This document shows, in pieces, positions 50,262-62,203 of a stretch of 64,000 nt of DNA. Under the pieces are notes generated by a model that saw nothing but the letters and a program-made list of their open reading frames with translations, was not told the origin of the DNA and did no database searches. Origin of the DNA: Toensbergia leucococca (lineage: Eukaryota); NCBI GenBank assembly GCA_022813965.1, contig JALDZS010000063.1:1-64000 (forward strand). The letters run 5' to 3'. How positions within the stretch are numbered: the stretch's first letter is position 1; the number at the start of each line of letters is the position of its first letter. Made by a program: the position numbers and the translations under genes.

Positions 50262-52172
50262 TGCGACTTCGGGATTGGATGGAGCAGTCTCAGTTGCAGC
50301 CTGTATTGGATCCAGCTCTGGACTAGTTTCAGGAGGCGGTGTTTGGGGGTAACCCAAGGCAAACTGATATATCTGCCTTGTAATGTCACTTCTTCGATTG
50401 ACTGATCGTGCGGAAGGTGAATCAGAGGGCGTGGTAGTTGTTTGGGGCGGTGACGAGGCTGATTTTGGGGAACGCGACGGGGACGTTGAGGAATCTATGA
50501 TGGCGTTTGAAAGAACGACTTGCGCTCAGCTGGAATTACAAGTCCGAAAGAGTCTGGAAGAGGAGAGAGGGTGGTCGCTTGCTTGCTTCCTTGATTGGCC
50601 CCCCGGAAAATTGGAGATCGGCGTGAAGCTGCATAACTATGTCCTAAACAAGCTAGCCTTCCTCCTTCTTTCTGGCTGCTGAACTCCTCATCACTCCTTG
50701 ACTGCCTCGCTGCATCAGTGCTCATTATGAGGCGATTATCATGAAAACTCACGATTGACTACGTGTAACGAATGAGCCTGTCAGCATCTCCATTCATATG
50801 ACGTCTGAAGTACGGATATAAGGTCCCTCTCTCATTCCTCTTTCTTCTCTGCTCGCTTATGATTTCTGAAATTCCCTACTTTCGTTCATCCAATTACATT
50901 CTTTTTTTCTCACCATGCTTTCGTCTTGTCTCGTTCAACTACAATCACATCGTACAATTACAAATCTCTGACTGCATTGGTATCTTGATCTGAAATCACC
51001 TTGAAGGTAGCGTACAGTGAGCATTGCAGGCCATGCCTCTTGACTCTACTCTTTGTGGAGAATGTATGAGAGGCCCCATCTTTGACTACCTGCAGCGTTC
51101 GAACACCGGCTAGTTGTACGTTATCTTGCTACAGCCGTCACTGGGCTGAAAGAGCAATTGTTCCCCTCTTCAAGGTATGTGTTGAAGCAGAAGAGCAATG
51201 CGTTCTTCTACAGACCAAATTCGAGGATTCTTTCCGTGCTTCAAATAAGTCAGCAGCTCTTATCATGGTCTTTCAGGTAAATAGTACCCATGAGGATACA
51301 ACCATCCTGCCGCCCAAAACATGGTATATGGACATTATTTCGAAGTATTTCTGATGCTTGCCGTACAGATTTGACAGACTATTTTGTTGAGTTTTTGGCA
51401 TAATCCCCCTCAAAATGACGCATTGCAAGGCCTCATAAGAGAGGAGTATTTATGTATCAGACGAGCATACACGTTTGGCCAACATCAAACCTTCACGAAG
51501 AATCAGGGACAAACAAATCCAAGGAAGCTGAAGCTTGTATCAGCCTGACGGCTAAGAAGTTTTCAAAAGATCTCCTAGCAAAGCGGTGGGTGTCACAAGT
51601 AGCTTTATCATGCCGATGTTGTTGAAGGTCTCTGGCAAGAATTCACTTGTTTACAATAATGAGAGAGAACGCATGTGGAGATCTATTAGAGGTGGAAAAT
51701 AAGATGAATACATCGGGGTACTCGGTAATAAATTTGATGATAGGTTGAATAAGATCTCTTGTTTATTGTTGCTTGGAAACCCGTTAGCAGCGGAAGCAGT
51801 TCACCCATGCAACTTGAAAGCTGTTTACCTATTTCAAATTGTACTTACTTGACCTATTCTGCAATAGATCTAATTAACACTTGTATCATGACCCTCTGTA
51901 ATGTGCTGTCGACATACGGAGCAGCATCTAAGTAGGTATCCAAGTATTCGAACTGCTAGTCTAGTGCAGAGGGTTTACATACCGTTTCATGGCGAAGCTA
52001 GGGCACTTTCTTCATACATGCGTACTTGAGCATTCTTGATTGCCAAAATAGAAACATACCGAAAGGTCAGTAGACAGTAGGTTTGGTTCCCAATCTCTTC
52101 ATGGTGTCTTGTCTTCATTTCTGTCTGTATTTCAGCAGCCGCATGCGTACGATGGTGCTACTTCTGTATTTA

Positions 52173-52179
52173 TGAGTCA
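52173..52179 (+). promoter_or_regulatory. Gcn4/CpcA response element TGAGTCA upstream of TrpRS
   Basis: Perfect TGA(C/G)TCA ~210 nt upstream of the ATG. Aminoacyl-tRNA synthetases are known cross-pathway control targets. Confidence 0.5.
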
Positions 52180-52386
52180 GTTGTATTATTACTGCTACGT
52201 CTTTCTAAATCAACCTGTTTGAATGCTTCTGATAGATTAAGAAAACCCTACATTTGTACTTTCTGCTCAATTGCATTCGCTTTATACAATGCCCACCCGC
52301 CTCAAGACTTTCAAGCTTTTCCAGCGTCACATACCTTATTCTACATGCTCTGAAACGCTACGAAACACTAACCACGAGCAGTGATA

Positions 52387-53822
52387 ATGTCGTCGTCAGT
52401 GTCAGCAGTAGAAGACGAGCCAGGCCAGCCACCCGCCTTAACTGTATTATCTCTCGCCGAAGCCGCCGCCAAAGAGCAAGTCATCACACCCTTTGATGTA
52501 TCCGGAGGAGTCGACGAGCACGGCAAAGCCAAAGCCATCGACTATGACAAACTCATCGATGCCTTCGGCTCCCAACGTATAGATCAAACCCTTCTGGACC
52601 GCTTCGAGCGAGTCACGAGCCATAAACCTCATCGACTTTTACGTCGGGGTATGGTTTTCAGTCACCGCGATCTTAACCTTATATTAGACAAGTATGAAAA
52701 AGGCGTGCCCTTTTATCTGTATACAGGAAGAGGCCCCAGCAGCGATAGCATGCACGTAGGCCATTCAATCCCATTCGAATTCACCAAGTAAGACTCCCTT
52801 CTCCCATGAAATCTCCAACCCACAACGTTAACCACCCCGTCCCTAGATACCTCCAAGACGTCTTCAACGTTCCCCTAGTAATCATGCTCACTGACGACGA
52901 AAAATTCTACCATACCCCAAAATTAACCCTCAAAGACGCCCACCGCTTCGCCCTACAAAATGCAATGGACATCATAGCCATCGGCTTCGACCCCGCCAAA
53001 ACCTTCCTCTTCATCGACACCGACTTCGTAGACAATGGCTCCGGCGCCGCTTTCAACGCTAACGTTCGCGAAATGGGCAAACGCACCACAAACAACCAGA
53101 TAAAGGGCACATTCGGCTTCACCGACACCAACAACATCGCCGAATTCGCCTTCCCAGCCATGCAATCCGCCACCGCCTTCGCGACCTCCTTCCCCTTCAT
53201 CTTCGGCCCCAATCCCAAACTCACATCCAAAATCCCCTGCCTGATCCCCTGCGCCATCGACCAAGACCCGTACTTCCGCCAATGCCGTGACAACGCCCCG
53301 CGCCTCGCCTACCTCAAACCGGCCCTCATCCACGCCGTCTTCCTCCCCTCCCTCAAAGGCGCCGAGTCCAAAATGTCCGCCAGCGACGCCGAATCCAGCA
53401 TCTTCCTCAGCGACACCGACGCTCAGATCCGGAAGAAGATCGGCAAGGCCTTTTCCGGCGGGCAGGACACGCGCGAGCTGCAGCGCGAGATTGGCGGCCG
53501 CACCGCTGTGGATGTGCCGTTTCAGTACCTGACATTTTTCATGGAGGATGATGACGAGTTGGAGCGGCTGAGGGTCGGGTATGAGAAGGGGGAGCTCGAG
53601 AGCGGGGACATGAAGAAGGCGTGCACCAAGGAGTTGCAGGCGTATGTGTCTGCGTTTCGGGAGCGGAGGGCCAAGGTCACCGAGGCGGTGAGGGATGAGT
53701 TTATGCGGCCGAGGCAGTTGGTGTTTAAGGGCATGCCGGGCGAGGCGGAGCAGCGGGCTGCGAGGGAGAAGCGCATTGCTGTGTTGGAGACCGAGTTGGC
53801 GCGGTTGCGTGCGGAGTCATGA
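52387..53822 (+). CDS. WRS1: Cytoplasmic tryptophanyl-tRNA synthetase; 1 intron (~52788-52845)
   Basis: IDYDKLIDAFG, YLYTGRGPSSDSMHVGH (HIGH-type), IMLTDDEKF, CLIPCAIDQDPYFR, KMSAS and AFSGGQ. Confidence 0.96.
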
Positions 53823-54024
53823 GGTGTTGTTAAAAGAATAGAGCGTGGGGGTTCTTTGTGATTTCCAACCTGCTAGCGCACCATTTACAAAATCTAACCG
53901 AAAAGATAGAGCTTGCACCTATCCATTTTCTCCTTCCCGACCAAAACCAACACGATTCAAAGCACAGAACAACCCCTCAACACACTACCCTCTCTCTCAC
54001 ACACGAAAACCCCCCAAAAAAGAC

Positions 54025-55420
54025 CTACCCCGCAACATCCTGCACCTCCCTTCCACCATCCAACCCCACCATCCCCATCTCCCTCTCCAACCCCACCTCA
54101 CCCCCCCTCCCCCCAGCAAACAATCCCGCCAGCGCCTCAACCCCCACATTCCCCCCACTAATCACAACCCCCACATCCGCGCGCCCCCACCCCTCCACCA
54201 CCCGCCGAAACCCCTCATCCCACAACACAACCGCCAACCCAACCCCCGCACTCGGCTCCACAACCACCTTCCCCCGCTCCAACAGCAGCTGCATCGCCTC
54301 CAAAATCTGCCCCTCGCTCACCGCAAACACCCCCGCCACCAACTCCCCCTCGCAGATCACAGACCACGGGATCTCGCCCACGGGCGTGCGCAGCCCGTCC
54401 GCGATCGTCAGCGAGCTGACGTGCGTGATGCGCTTTCGGGGCTGCTGGGGGGAGGCGAGGGCGCGGCGGGCGTCGTCAGCGCCGGAGAGGGAGGGCTCGG
54501 CGCCGTAGACGAGGGTGCGAGTTGGGGTTAGGGCGGTGGCGATGCCGGAGAGGAGGCCGCCGCCGCCAAGGGGGGCGATGATGGCGTCGAGGATGCCGGG
54601 GTGGGGTTTGCCTCTAGGTTTCTTTGGCCCGGTGGAGTTATTTGTTGCGGCGCCGGCGGCATTTGTCGGGACGCCGGTTGTGTTCCCGATGCTCTTGTTG
54701 TTGTTGTTGTTGTTGTTGTCGTGGTGAACGCTGAGAGAGGGGTCTCGCGCCACCATCGCGGCGACTTGTTCTTCCATTTCCAAGGCTACGGTTCCTTGGC
54801 CAAGGATTATGTCTGGGTGGTCGTAGGGCGGGACGAGGAGGGCGCCGGTGCGGGCGATGACGTCCGCGACGACGGATTCGCGCTCTTGGGAGGTGGAGCC
54901 GCTGAAGATGATGTTGGCGCCGTAGCCGCGAGTGGCGGCGATTTTGGAGGGCGTGGAGATGGTGGGCATTACTATGTAGGCGGGGATACCTCGCATTCGG
55001 GCAGCGAGGGCCAGAGCTTGGGCGTGGTTCCCTGAGATGGGGGAGGGGATTAGCTGGGTTGTCTAAAAAGTGAGTAGATAAATGGGATTGTCTGTGCAAA
55101 CCGGAGCTATGCGTGACTACCCCCTTTTGAAGTTCTTCATCACTGAGGCGGGCAAGGGCATGGGAGGCGCCACGGAATTTGAAGGCGCCAACTTTTTGGT
55201 AATTTTCGCACTTGAAGAAGAGGTTCATGCGAGGGCGGGCAGGGGTGCAGCCTTCGAAGGGAGTGCCGATGAGGGCTTCTGCGGTCTGAGGTGTTGAAGC
55301 TAGGGTGGAGAGGGTGGTGTTAGTTAGGACTGGGGTGCGGTGGATATGGGATTTTATCAGGTCATGGGCGGATTGGACGGAGGAGCGGGTGAGGGGAAGG
55401 GTGTTTGCGAGAGCTGCCAT
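54025..55420 (-). CDS. PLP-dependent serine racemase / hydroxy-amino-acid dehydratase (Sry1-like, fold type II); 1 intron
   Basis: IHRTPV, FFKCENYQKVGAFKFRGA, VVTHSSG|NHAQALA, PPYDHPDIILGQGT, PLGGGGLLSG, TIADGLRTPVG, VVEPSA and VISGGNV. Confidence 0.92.
54696..54719 (+). repeat. (TTG)n trinucleotide microsatellite encoding poly-Asn in the dehydratase
   Basis: ttgttgttgttgttgttgttgttg, translated as NNNNNNN on the minus strand. Confidence 0.85.
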
Positions 55421-55731
55421 CGGGTAGTGGGCAGGGTGAGTAAGGTGGGTCGTTGTATGTTGAATTCTTGTGGCTTCTGGTTTGAATGGTCAATGCAGGA
55501 TTAATTGTTTTTCTGTGCGTGCAAAAAGCGGTCGACACCATCGATAGCTTGGAAATATGAGATCATTTTTGCGCCGGAGATCGGTCGGTAAACCTTCGAC
55601 GACTTTTTTGATAATCTCTAGAAATGCCAACAGAAATGGCAACTTTTGTGTGTAAATTTCATACGCTTGACGTATCATACATCTGTACACAGCCGCACGG
55701 AACTTCAAGCTCAAATAAGATTTTTGGATGC

Positions 55732-57204
55732 CTACAGTTGGTTCTCTGGACGTAGAGACCTAGATAAGAGTCAGCTACCAATCTTTGAACGATTACTAAC
55801 AAAGTGAGCAATCTTACCTGACAGCCTTCCCAGCCCGCCAGATCTCCAAATCCCTGATATTCTTCATCTCTTCTTCGTATTTTTCTCGGTAATCTGGCTG
55901 AGAGTTGAAGTCCAAAGACCTCTGTGTCTCCGTGCCATTCTTGACACTGTCATACAGTTCATTAAACACTGGCTTTAGAGTATCCTTGAATTTGCTGCTC
56001 CAGTCAATTGCACCACGTCTGGCTGTTGTTGAGCATGCCGCATACATCCAGTCCATACCGTTAGCACCGATAAGGGGATACAAGCTCTGGGTAGCCTCCT
56101 CGACCGTCTCATTGAAAGCTTCGCTTGGGCTGTGGCCTCTCTCGCGTAGTACTTCGTATTGAGCAAGGAACATGCCGTGAATACCGCCCATCAAGCATCC
56201 GCGCTCACCGTAGAGATCTGAGTATACTTCTTTCTCAAACGTGGTCTTGTAGAGATATCCGCTGCCAACTGCGACACCTAGAGCGACAGCTTTCTCCTCG
56301 GCTTTACCAGTGACGTCTTGGTATACAGCCACAGAAGAGTTTATTCCACGCCCCTCGCGGAAAAGAGTTCGGACGGTTCGGCCGGAACCCTTAGGCGCGA
56401 CGAGGATAACATCGACGTCGGTTGGGACTTCAACCTTGGTTAGGTCCTTGAAGACTGGAGAGAAGCCATGGGAAAAATACAATGTCTGTAGCGGAATTAG
56501 GATCCTGTTCCACTTGCATCGAATCACTAAACGTTTACCTTTCCCTTGGTGATCTGCGGTTTGAGAGCAGGCCATGTCTCGCTTTGCGCCGCGTCACTCA
56601 GCAGGTTCATAATAACCGTGCCCTTAGATATGGCCTCATCAATGTCAAATAAATTTGTCCCTGGTACCCAACCATCCTGCTCAGCTTCCTTCCAAGATGC
56701 GCCATTTTTTCGAACCCCGACAATAACATTCATGCCATTATCGCGGAGGTTGAGGCCTTGACCGTGTCCTTGTGAGCCGTAGCCAATCAGGGCGAGAGTG
56801 TCATTTTTGAAATATTCCTACAGCCAAACTTTAGTGCTCTCGGAGTTCCTGAAATAAATCACAACCTTAAGGCTCAAGGCTACTAGGCGCGGTGTTTTAA
56901 GAACATACGGCGAGTTTCTCCCGGGGCCAGTCCTCACGCTCTACACACTTGAATCAGCTCTGCAACGCTCAGACGCCGTATGGAATGAACACTTACCAAA
57001 AACGGTCTCCTTGTGTCCAGCAAAGTCGATTGTCTTTACGCCTCGGGATTGCTGTGTCGACGCTGGGACGCCTGCCCTTTGAGTTACAGCTCCCGCTCTT
57101 ACACCTCCAAGGGCAGAAACGAAAGTCCGGTGGTAAGATACCGGTAAGGCCCATTGTCGCGCTAGAGGGACCTTAAAAGCTCGACTGAAGCTGCGAGTAG
57201 CCAT
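55732..57204 (-). CDS. ILV5: Mitochondrial ketol-acid reductoisomerase (acetohydroxyacid reductoisomerase); 4 introns
   Basis: Presequence MATRSFSRA.., RGVKTIDFAG, LIGYGSQGHGQGLNLRDNG, LLSDAAQ, YFSHGFS, APKGSGRTVR, SDLYGERGCLMG and RSLRPENQL*. Confidence 0.97.
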
Positions 57205-57328
57205 ATTGACTGGCATCACAGTTTCTCAAAAACTTGGTAAGGATTACACGTTACTGGCTTTTCTTCAGAGGAGTTGAAGCTGAGACAAAATTCAAAATTC
57301 ATTGATTGTTAGTGTTCAACTAGCGTGA

Positions 57329-57338
57329 CCGATACCGG
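57329..57338. promoter_or_regulatory. Putative Leu3/LeuB binding site CCG-N4-CGG upstream of ILV5
   Basis: CCGATACCGG lies ~125 nt upstream of the ILV5 ATG. ILV5 is a classic Leu3 target. Confidence 0.55.
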
Positions 57339-57514
57339 TCTCGTCAATAATCTCGAATCACTCCTTACTTCGAGTCTTCTGATACTCGTAGATATGTCGG
57401 CAACACCAGAAATACTGGCTTGCCATTATGGCAAGAAGAGAAATACTTACCAGTAAGTACAGCCATATCAAGCTTTGATTTCAGCTCTTACGAGTGCTAT
57501 CAACGCGTCAATTA

Positions 57515-57890
57515 GAGCCTTATTTGGTACCATCGTTTAAGTGAAAGTTGGAGAGGAGTAGAAAACTTTCTCACTACATAAAGATCTGCTCTGTGATGTC
57601 TCTCCATATCTCAAGGCAGTTTAAATGGAAACTTCAAGGAAGCTGAAACGCAGACCATTGAGCTTCTTGTAGATGACGTTGAAGTCTTTCAATTCTTTCA
57701 GCTCTGGCTTTACACAGGAAGCTTCCTATGAAACAGTTGAAGACATGGGCTGGGATAAGTAATAGACGTCTACATCTTTACCGAAGCTCGAGGAATAGTG
57801 AAGTTTCAGAACGTATGCGTTGACACATTGATTGACAAAGAATTTGGTTCAGATCAATTCCCGAATGCCAACTCAGTACGTCGCATTTTG
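57515..57890 (+). pseudogene. BTB/POZ-domain pseudogene
   Basis: LFGTIV*VKVGEE*KTFSLHKDLLCDVSPYLKA[fs]LNGNFKEAETQTIELLVDDVEVFQFFQLWLYTG..[fs]..IDVYIFTEARGIVKFQNVCVDTLI. This is the fungal BTB consensus with stops and frameshifts. Confidence 0.82.
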
Positions 57891-58159
57891 AAAGTCAAGT
57901 GCAAATGTGGTGCAAAATCATGATAATTCCCTACGCGCACGGAGACTCATCATTGCCTAATTGAGTAGGGTGGAGGGGGCCCGTCCACGTATCAAAAAGG
58001 GGCGTCCATACATCAGGAGCCTAAATATATAGTTTCACATAACAACAATAATTTTCCAAACATGGGGGAAAACGGAGCCAAAAGCTGCGAGCTTAAAGCA
58101 CCGAAACCCGCCTTCTTCTCGGTCCACTCCTTTGGTTCGAAACCTCCGATCCGAGCCAT

Positions 58160-60614
58160 CTAGCGACTATCCCTTATTCCAAGGTCCTGCAGCCAAGTCG
58201 GTCTCTCCTCCTCGACCATGACACCGCTGCTTCGGCCGGCGCTGCTTCCCTTGCTACTCGGCCGTCCCGACTTAGGCGAGAGGCTGCTCTGGTTCCCTTG
58301 TGCTCCTCCTGTGGCCAGAGGGACGTTCAGCATGCCCATCGTCGGGGTTTGTGGTTGCTTGGGGTCTGGATAGGCAGATTGTTCTTTGCCCTCTTTTTGC
58401 AGCTGGATGAGATTGGTGTCGTCGCTGCTGCCGCCCTCTTCGAGTGACGTGCTCGAGCTGTTGTTGGCGTAGTCCGTATCACGCAACTGCGACGTCCACC
58501 GGCGGGTCATGTTCCTCTTGAAGCGGGACCAGGCCCCTAGATCATCGTACACGTCGTCTCCATCCGATGGCCCACCCCGGATGGTCTTCGCTGGGTTGTT
58601 CCAAAGAAGTATCAACCGCCACTTGAAGCTCGCAAAAGAACCCTGGGGTCTGACGAGCTGACGCGGACCTGATCGGGACCATAATCGAGGGAACGACGTG
58701 GCTAGCTCGAGGAAAAGGTGCTCGTATATACCGCGTTCGTATGGAGTCTGCCGGCGACCCGCAAGAGAATGCTTGACTAGGTACCAGAATGCAAATACAA
58801 GAAGCATCATCGGCGCGGCTGCCACAAAGTACCATTTAATGCTGGGATCGTGGCCAAAAGTATCTACATTCATGCCGAAGAATCCAACCGTAAAGGTGAG
58901 AGGTAGGAAAATGAAAGTGATCCAGCTCAATCTCCACATGCTTGTGTCAAGCTGCAACGAGTGCCGAGAATCGCGGATGCCAACTGATTTGTACATGAGA
59001 TCTGCCAAGTTCGCAGTCGGCTTTACGAGGTCTTCCTGCAGAAGGTTGTTCAACCGCTCAAAATCGCCCGGGCTTGATTCAAGCCAATTAGCTTCGACTT
59101 CTGGATCATTGGTGAGCTCTCTCAAATTGCTCTGCATTTCCTTGACGGCATTGATGTGGATGAACATAAGACGCTCGATCTTCAACCACATGCTAGAATT
59201 TGTCCAGAGCTCAGGCGCTCGAGTCTCATCATCGGGACTGCTAAAAATCTTGTCCTCGAGGATGCTCACATGATTATGGCATATTTCCAAAAAGGTCTCC
59301 CAGCTTCCAACAATACTTTGCCATGTATCTTGCAGTATTATTTTCATACACTCAACGGCCATACGATCATCATTCGAAACATCTTGGGGCTCGTAAGCCA
59401 GGTAAAACGGAAGACGACGCCAGCGAGACTCCCATTGCTGGCGTGCACGAATGAGTGTATCCTCAATTGAGCCAGATTGCGAGTTCTCAAATATTATTAT
59501 TGTGTTCCCGTTGTCAAAGTCTTCCTTATTATTCGGCTGCGAGGATTCTTTTGTCGGAGGAGCTTCGGGGGTGATCTCCTTGTGTTGGATGTAACAGCTC
59601 TAGAATACATGCATCAATACCGCAGCCCATTCGCGATGAAGATGATTTCAAGAGGTGCAGCTTACAATCCTCTGAACATACATGTCCCACCCGTAGGTTG
59701 GGTTATCATCTTCATCATAGCAATTCAATTCCATCATCTTTCCGTGCGTATCTAAGGGGATCCTAGTAGCCGGTTTCCTTGTAGAGTAAGCCTTTAGATA
59801 GTCCATCCCAAAGGAGGTACGGCTTATTTCACGCCAGGGATCATGAGTCATTTTCCAAGTCTTTCCACTTAGGAAAGGCCTGCCTCCGCTGCCTGTTGAT
59901 CGCTTACATTTCAGATACTGACCGAAGTCTGTGCCGACAAGATCGTCGCTGGCGTTGATGTTGAACTTTCGAAGCAGGAAGTGGACAGCCCACTGAGCAT
60001 TTTGCACGTGGAGTACTCTAAGAACTGCTTCCCCACATCGATCAGGCTACGCACAAGGTCAGCTTGTCTCAGGTATCCGGAGAACAGGAAATTGGCAGTA
60101 CATTAGTGTATATCTTCCGGAGAGAGTCTATATCGTCGATCTCTTGAGCCACCACCTTTCGCATGCCCTCCTTGCTATGATCTGTATGCGGTCACCCTTG
60201 TTGCCACAGAAGGAACGAGTTGCCTGCGCATGGGTCCACTCACCCTGTCTAATATAATCGATCATGTACACCCTTCCCCTTCTCGCTGTCTCAGGTGTGT
60301 ATTCTTTCTTCCATTTTAGTCCAGGACTTTGAGCACGGCGATGCCACGCTGACAAAGGATTAGTAATGCTTTATCGGCTTGACACGGAAGGCTCAGTACG
60401 TCGCAGTTTGGGAGCATAATGTAAATGAGGATCCTGGGTGTGGAAGGTATCCTCGAGAAGTCCTATGTTCGTATGCTGCTCTAGCGATGTATCAGAGTGT
60501 ACTCTACCAAGTATTGCAGCTCCTACCTCTAGTGTTTGGCTGTGAAGATACTCGCGAAAGCTTTTCATTTGGAGTCAGCGGAGGGGATCCACTCGGGAGT
60601 CCCCGTTCGTTCAT
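58160..60614 (-). CDS. CorA-like Mg2+ transporter-domain membrane protein; multiple introns; start approximate
   Basis: SMWRLSWITFIFLPLTFTVGFFGMNV (GMN signature) and a second TM (WYFVAAAPMMLLVFAFWYLV). Upstream exons can be joined by GT-AG introns. Confidence 0.82.
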
Positions 60615-61258
60615 TCCTGGTGGTTGAGTCACGCTCTCCGCGAATTACTTCATCTTATGTACAGAAGCCCGCAAAGATAAGATGTTTTATTTACTCAGCT
60701 AATTTATGTACAGAGTAGGTCAAAGACGTGGCATAGCTCAAGTTCTTGTGATGTTCATCCCGTGCCGCGCAGAGTCGGTTTCAGCCTCGCGGCGCGGCGA
60801 GCTAGGTATTCTATTCTATTGGGTATTTGAGGATTCCAAATATCATAAATACACGCACTCATCGAGTACATCCCTCTTAGATATTCTTTTTCAATAAAGG
60901 TTGTTGGACTGTAATATCTATGAGGAAAGGGTCAGATTGAATGGTACGGAAATTCCAAAGGAAAGGGGTTGTTTGTACTCCGTATTGAGTGTTTTGCTGA
61001 GGCCTCGATCTCCGGTCGATCTCTTCCCCGCATTGTAGAATAGAATATTCTAAACGTTCTCGATTCTATTCTACCGGAGCTTTGACCTCCGCTTGCTCCG
61101 GTACTCCTCTCCGCCCGAGGTTTAAAGCTTTGGTTAGATTCCGATTTTCAACCCACTTGTCCTTCATAACCACTTGGATACTCTATCAATACATCCGAGC
61201 AAATCATCGAGGTAGGAGATACATTATCAATCACTCCACCGTGTGCCGAACTCCCGCC

Positions 61259-62203
61259 ATGTCGTCGCCTGAACCTAGAGGTCGAAAAAGACCGAGTAAG
61301 AGTTTCATCCTGTTTTGTGGTCCAATTGCAAGCCGGGAACGGTACGATCAAAGAATTGCGAGTTCAACCCGCTCACTGCTTTTCTGTTGTAATAGGAGCA
61401 ACACAGTCATGCCCACCTCCAGAGCTCCCACAACTTGTTGCCGAGCAGAAAATACCCATCGCATCCCATGATAAAGACACACAAAGATTGATAGTAGTCC
61501 TCTCTCACGCAAGCCTTGAGACTTATAGGGCTTCGCATGGTGGTCGAGGAGGTATCGTGAAGGACGAAAAGTACTCACTCCTCAATAGTGACGAGCATAT
61601 TGGAATCATGCGAAAGATGAACCGGGACATTAGTGACGCTCGGCCAGATATAACGCATCAGGTTTGCTCCGATGGAAATCCTTGATGTTTCTATTTGCAA
61701 AATATCGATACTGACTTTCAATCCAGTGCCTTCTCACCCTCCTTGATTCGCCCGTGAACAAAGCTGGGAAGCTCCAAATTTACATTCATACCGCTAAAGG
61801 AGTCCTCATCGAGGTCAGCCCAACAGTCCGCATACCTCGTACGTTCAAGCGTTTCGCCGGCCTAATGGTGCAGCTCCTACATCGGCTGTCCATTCGATCA
61901 ACCAATTCCCAAGAGAAGCTACTCAAGGTTATCAAGAACCCCATAACAGATCATCTGCCTCCGAATTGCCGGAAGGTCACTCTCAGCTTCGACGCAGATG
62001 TTGTGCGCGTCAGAGATTATGTTGCAGGTTTAGGGCCAAAAGAGAGTGTTTGCGTTTTTGTTGGAGCAATGGCCAAAGGAAAGGACGACTTTGCAGATGG
62101 TTTCAAAGACGACACTATCAGTATTAGTGAGTACAGTCTGAGTGCTAGCGTCGCCTGCAGTAAATTCTGCCACGCTGCAGAAGATGTCTGGGACATTGTA
62201 TAG
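61259..62203 (+). CDS. EMG1: 18S rRNA pseudouridine N1-methyltransferase Emg1/Nep1; 2 introns
   Basis: [71 protein letters not shown] and [10 protein letters not shown]. Confidence 0.96.

Noticed and set aside
53845..54531. Two >200-aa Pro/His-rich + strand ORFs
   Set aside because: Antisense to the G-rich 3' end of the dehydratase; a compositional artefact.
58100..58160. GGTTCGAAACC resembling a tRNA T-loop/B box
   Set aside because: No cloverleaf, acceptor stem or A box could be built; it lies in the CorA-like 3' region.
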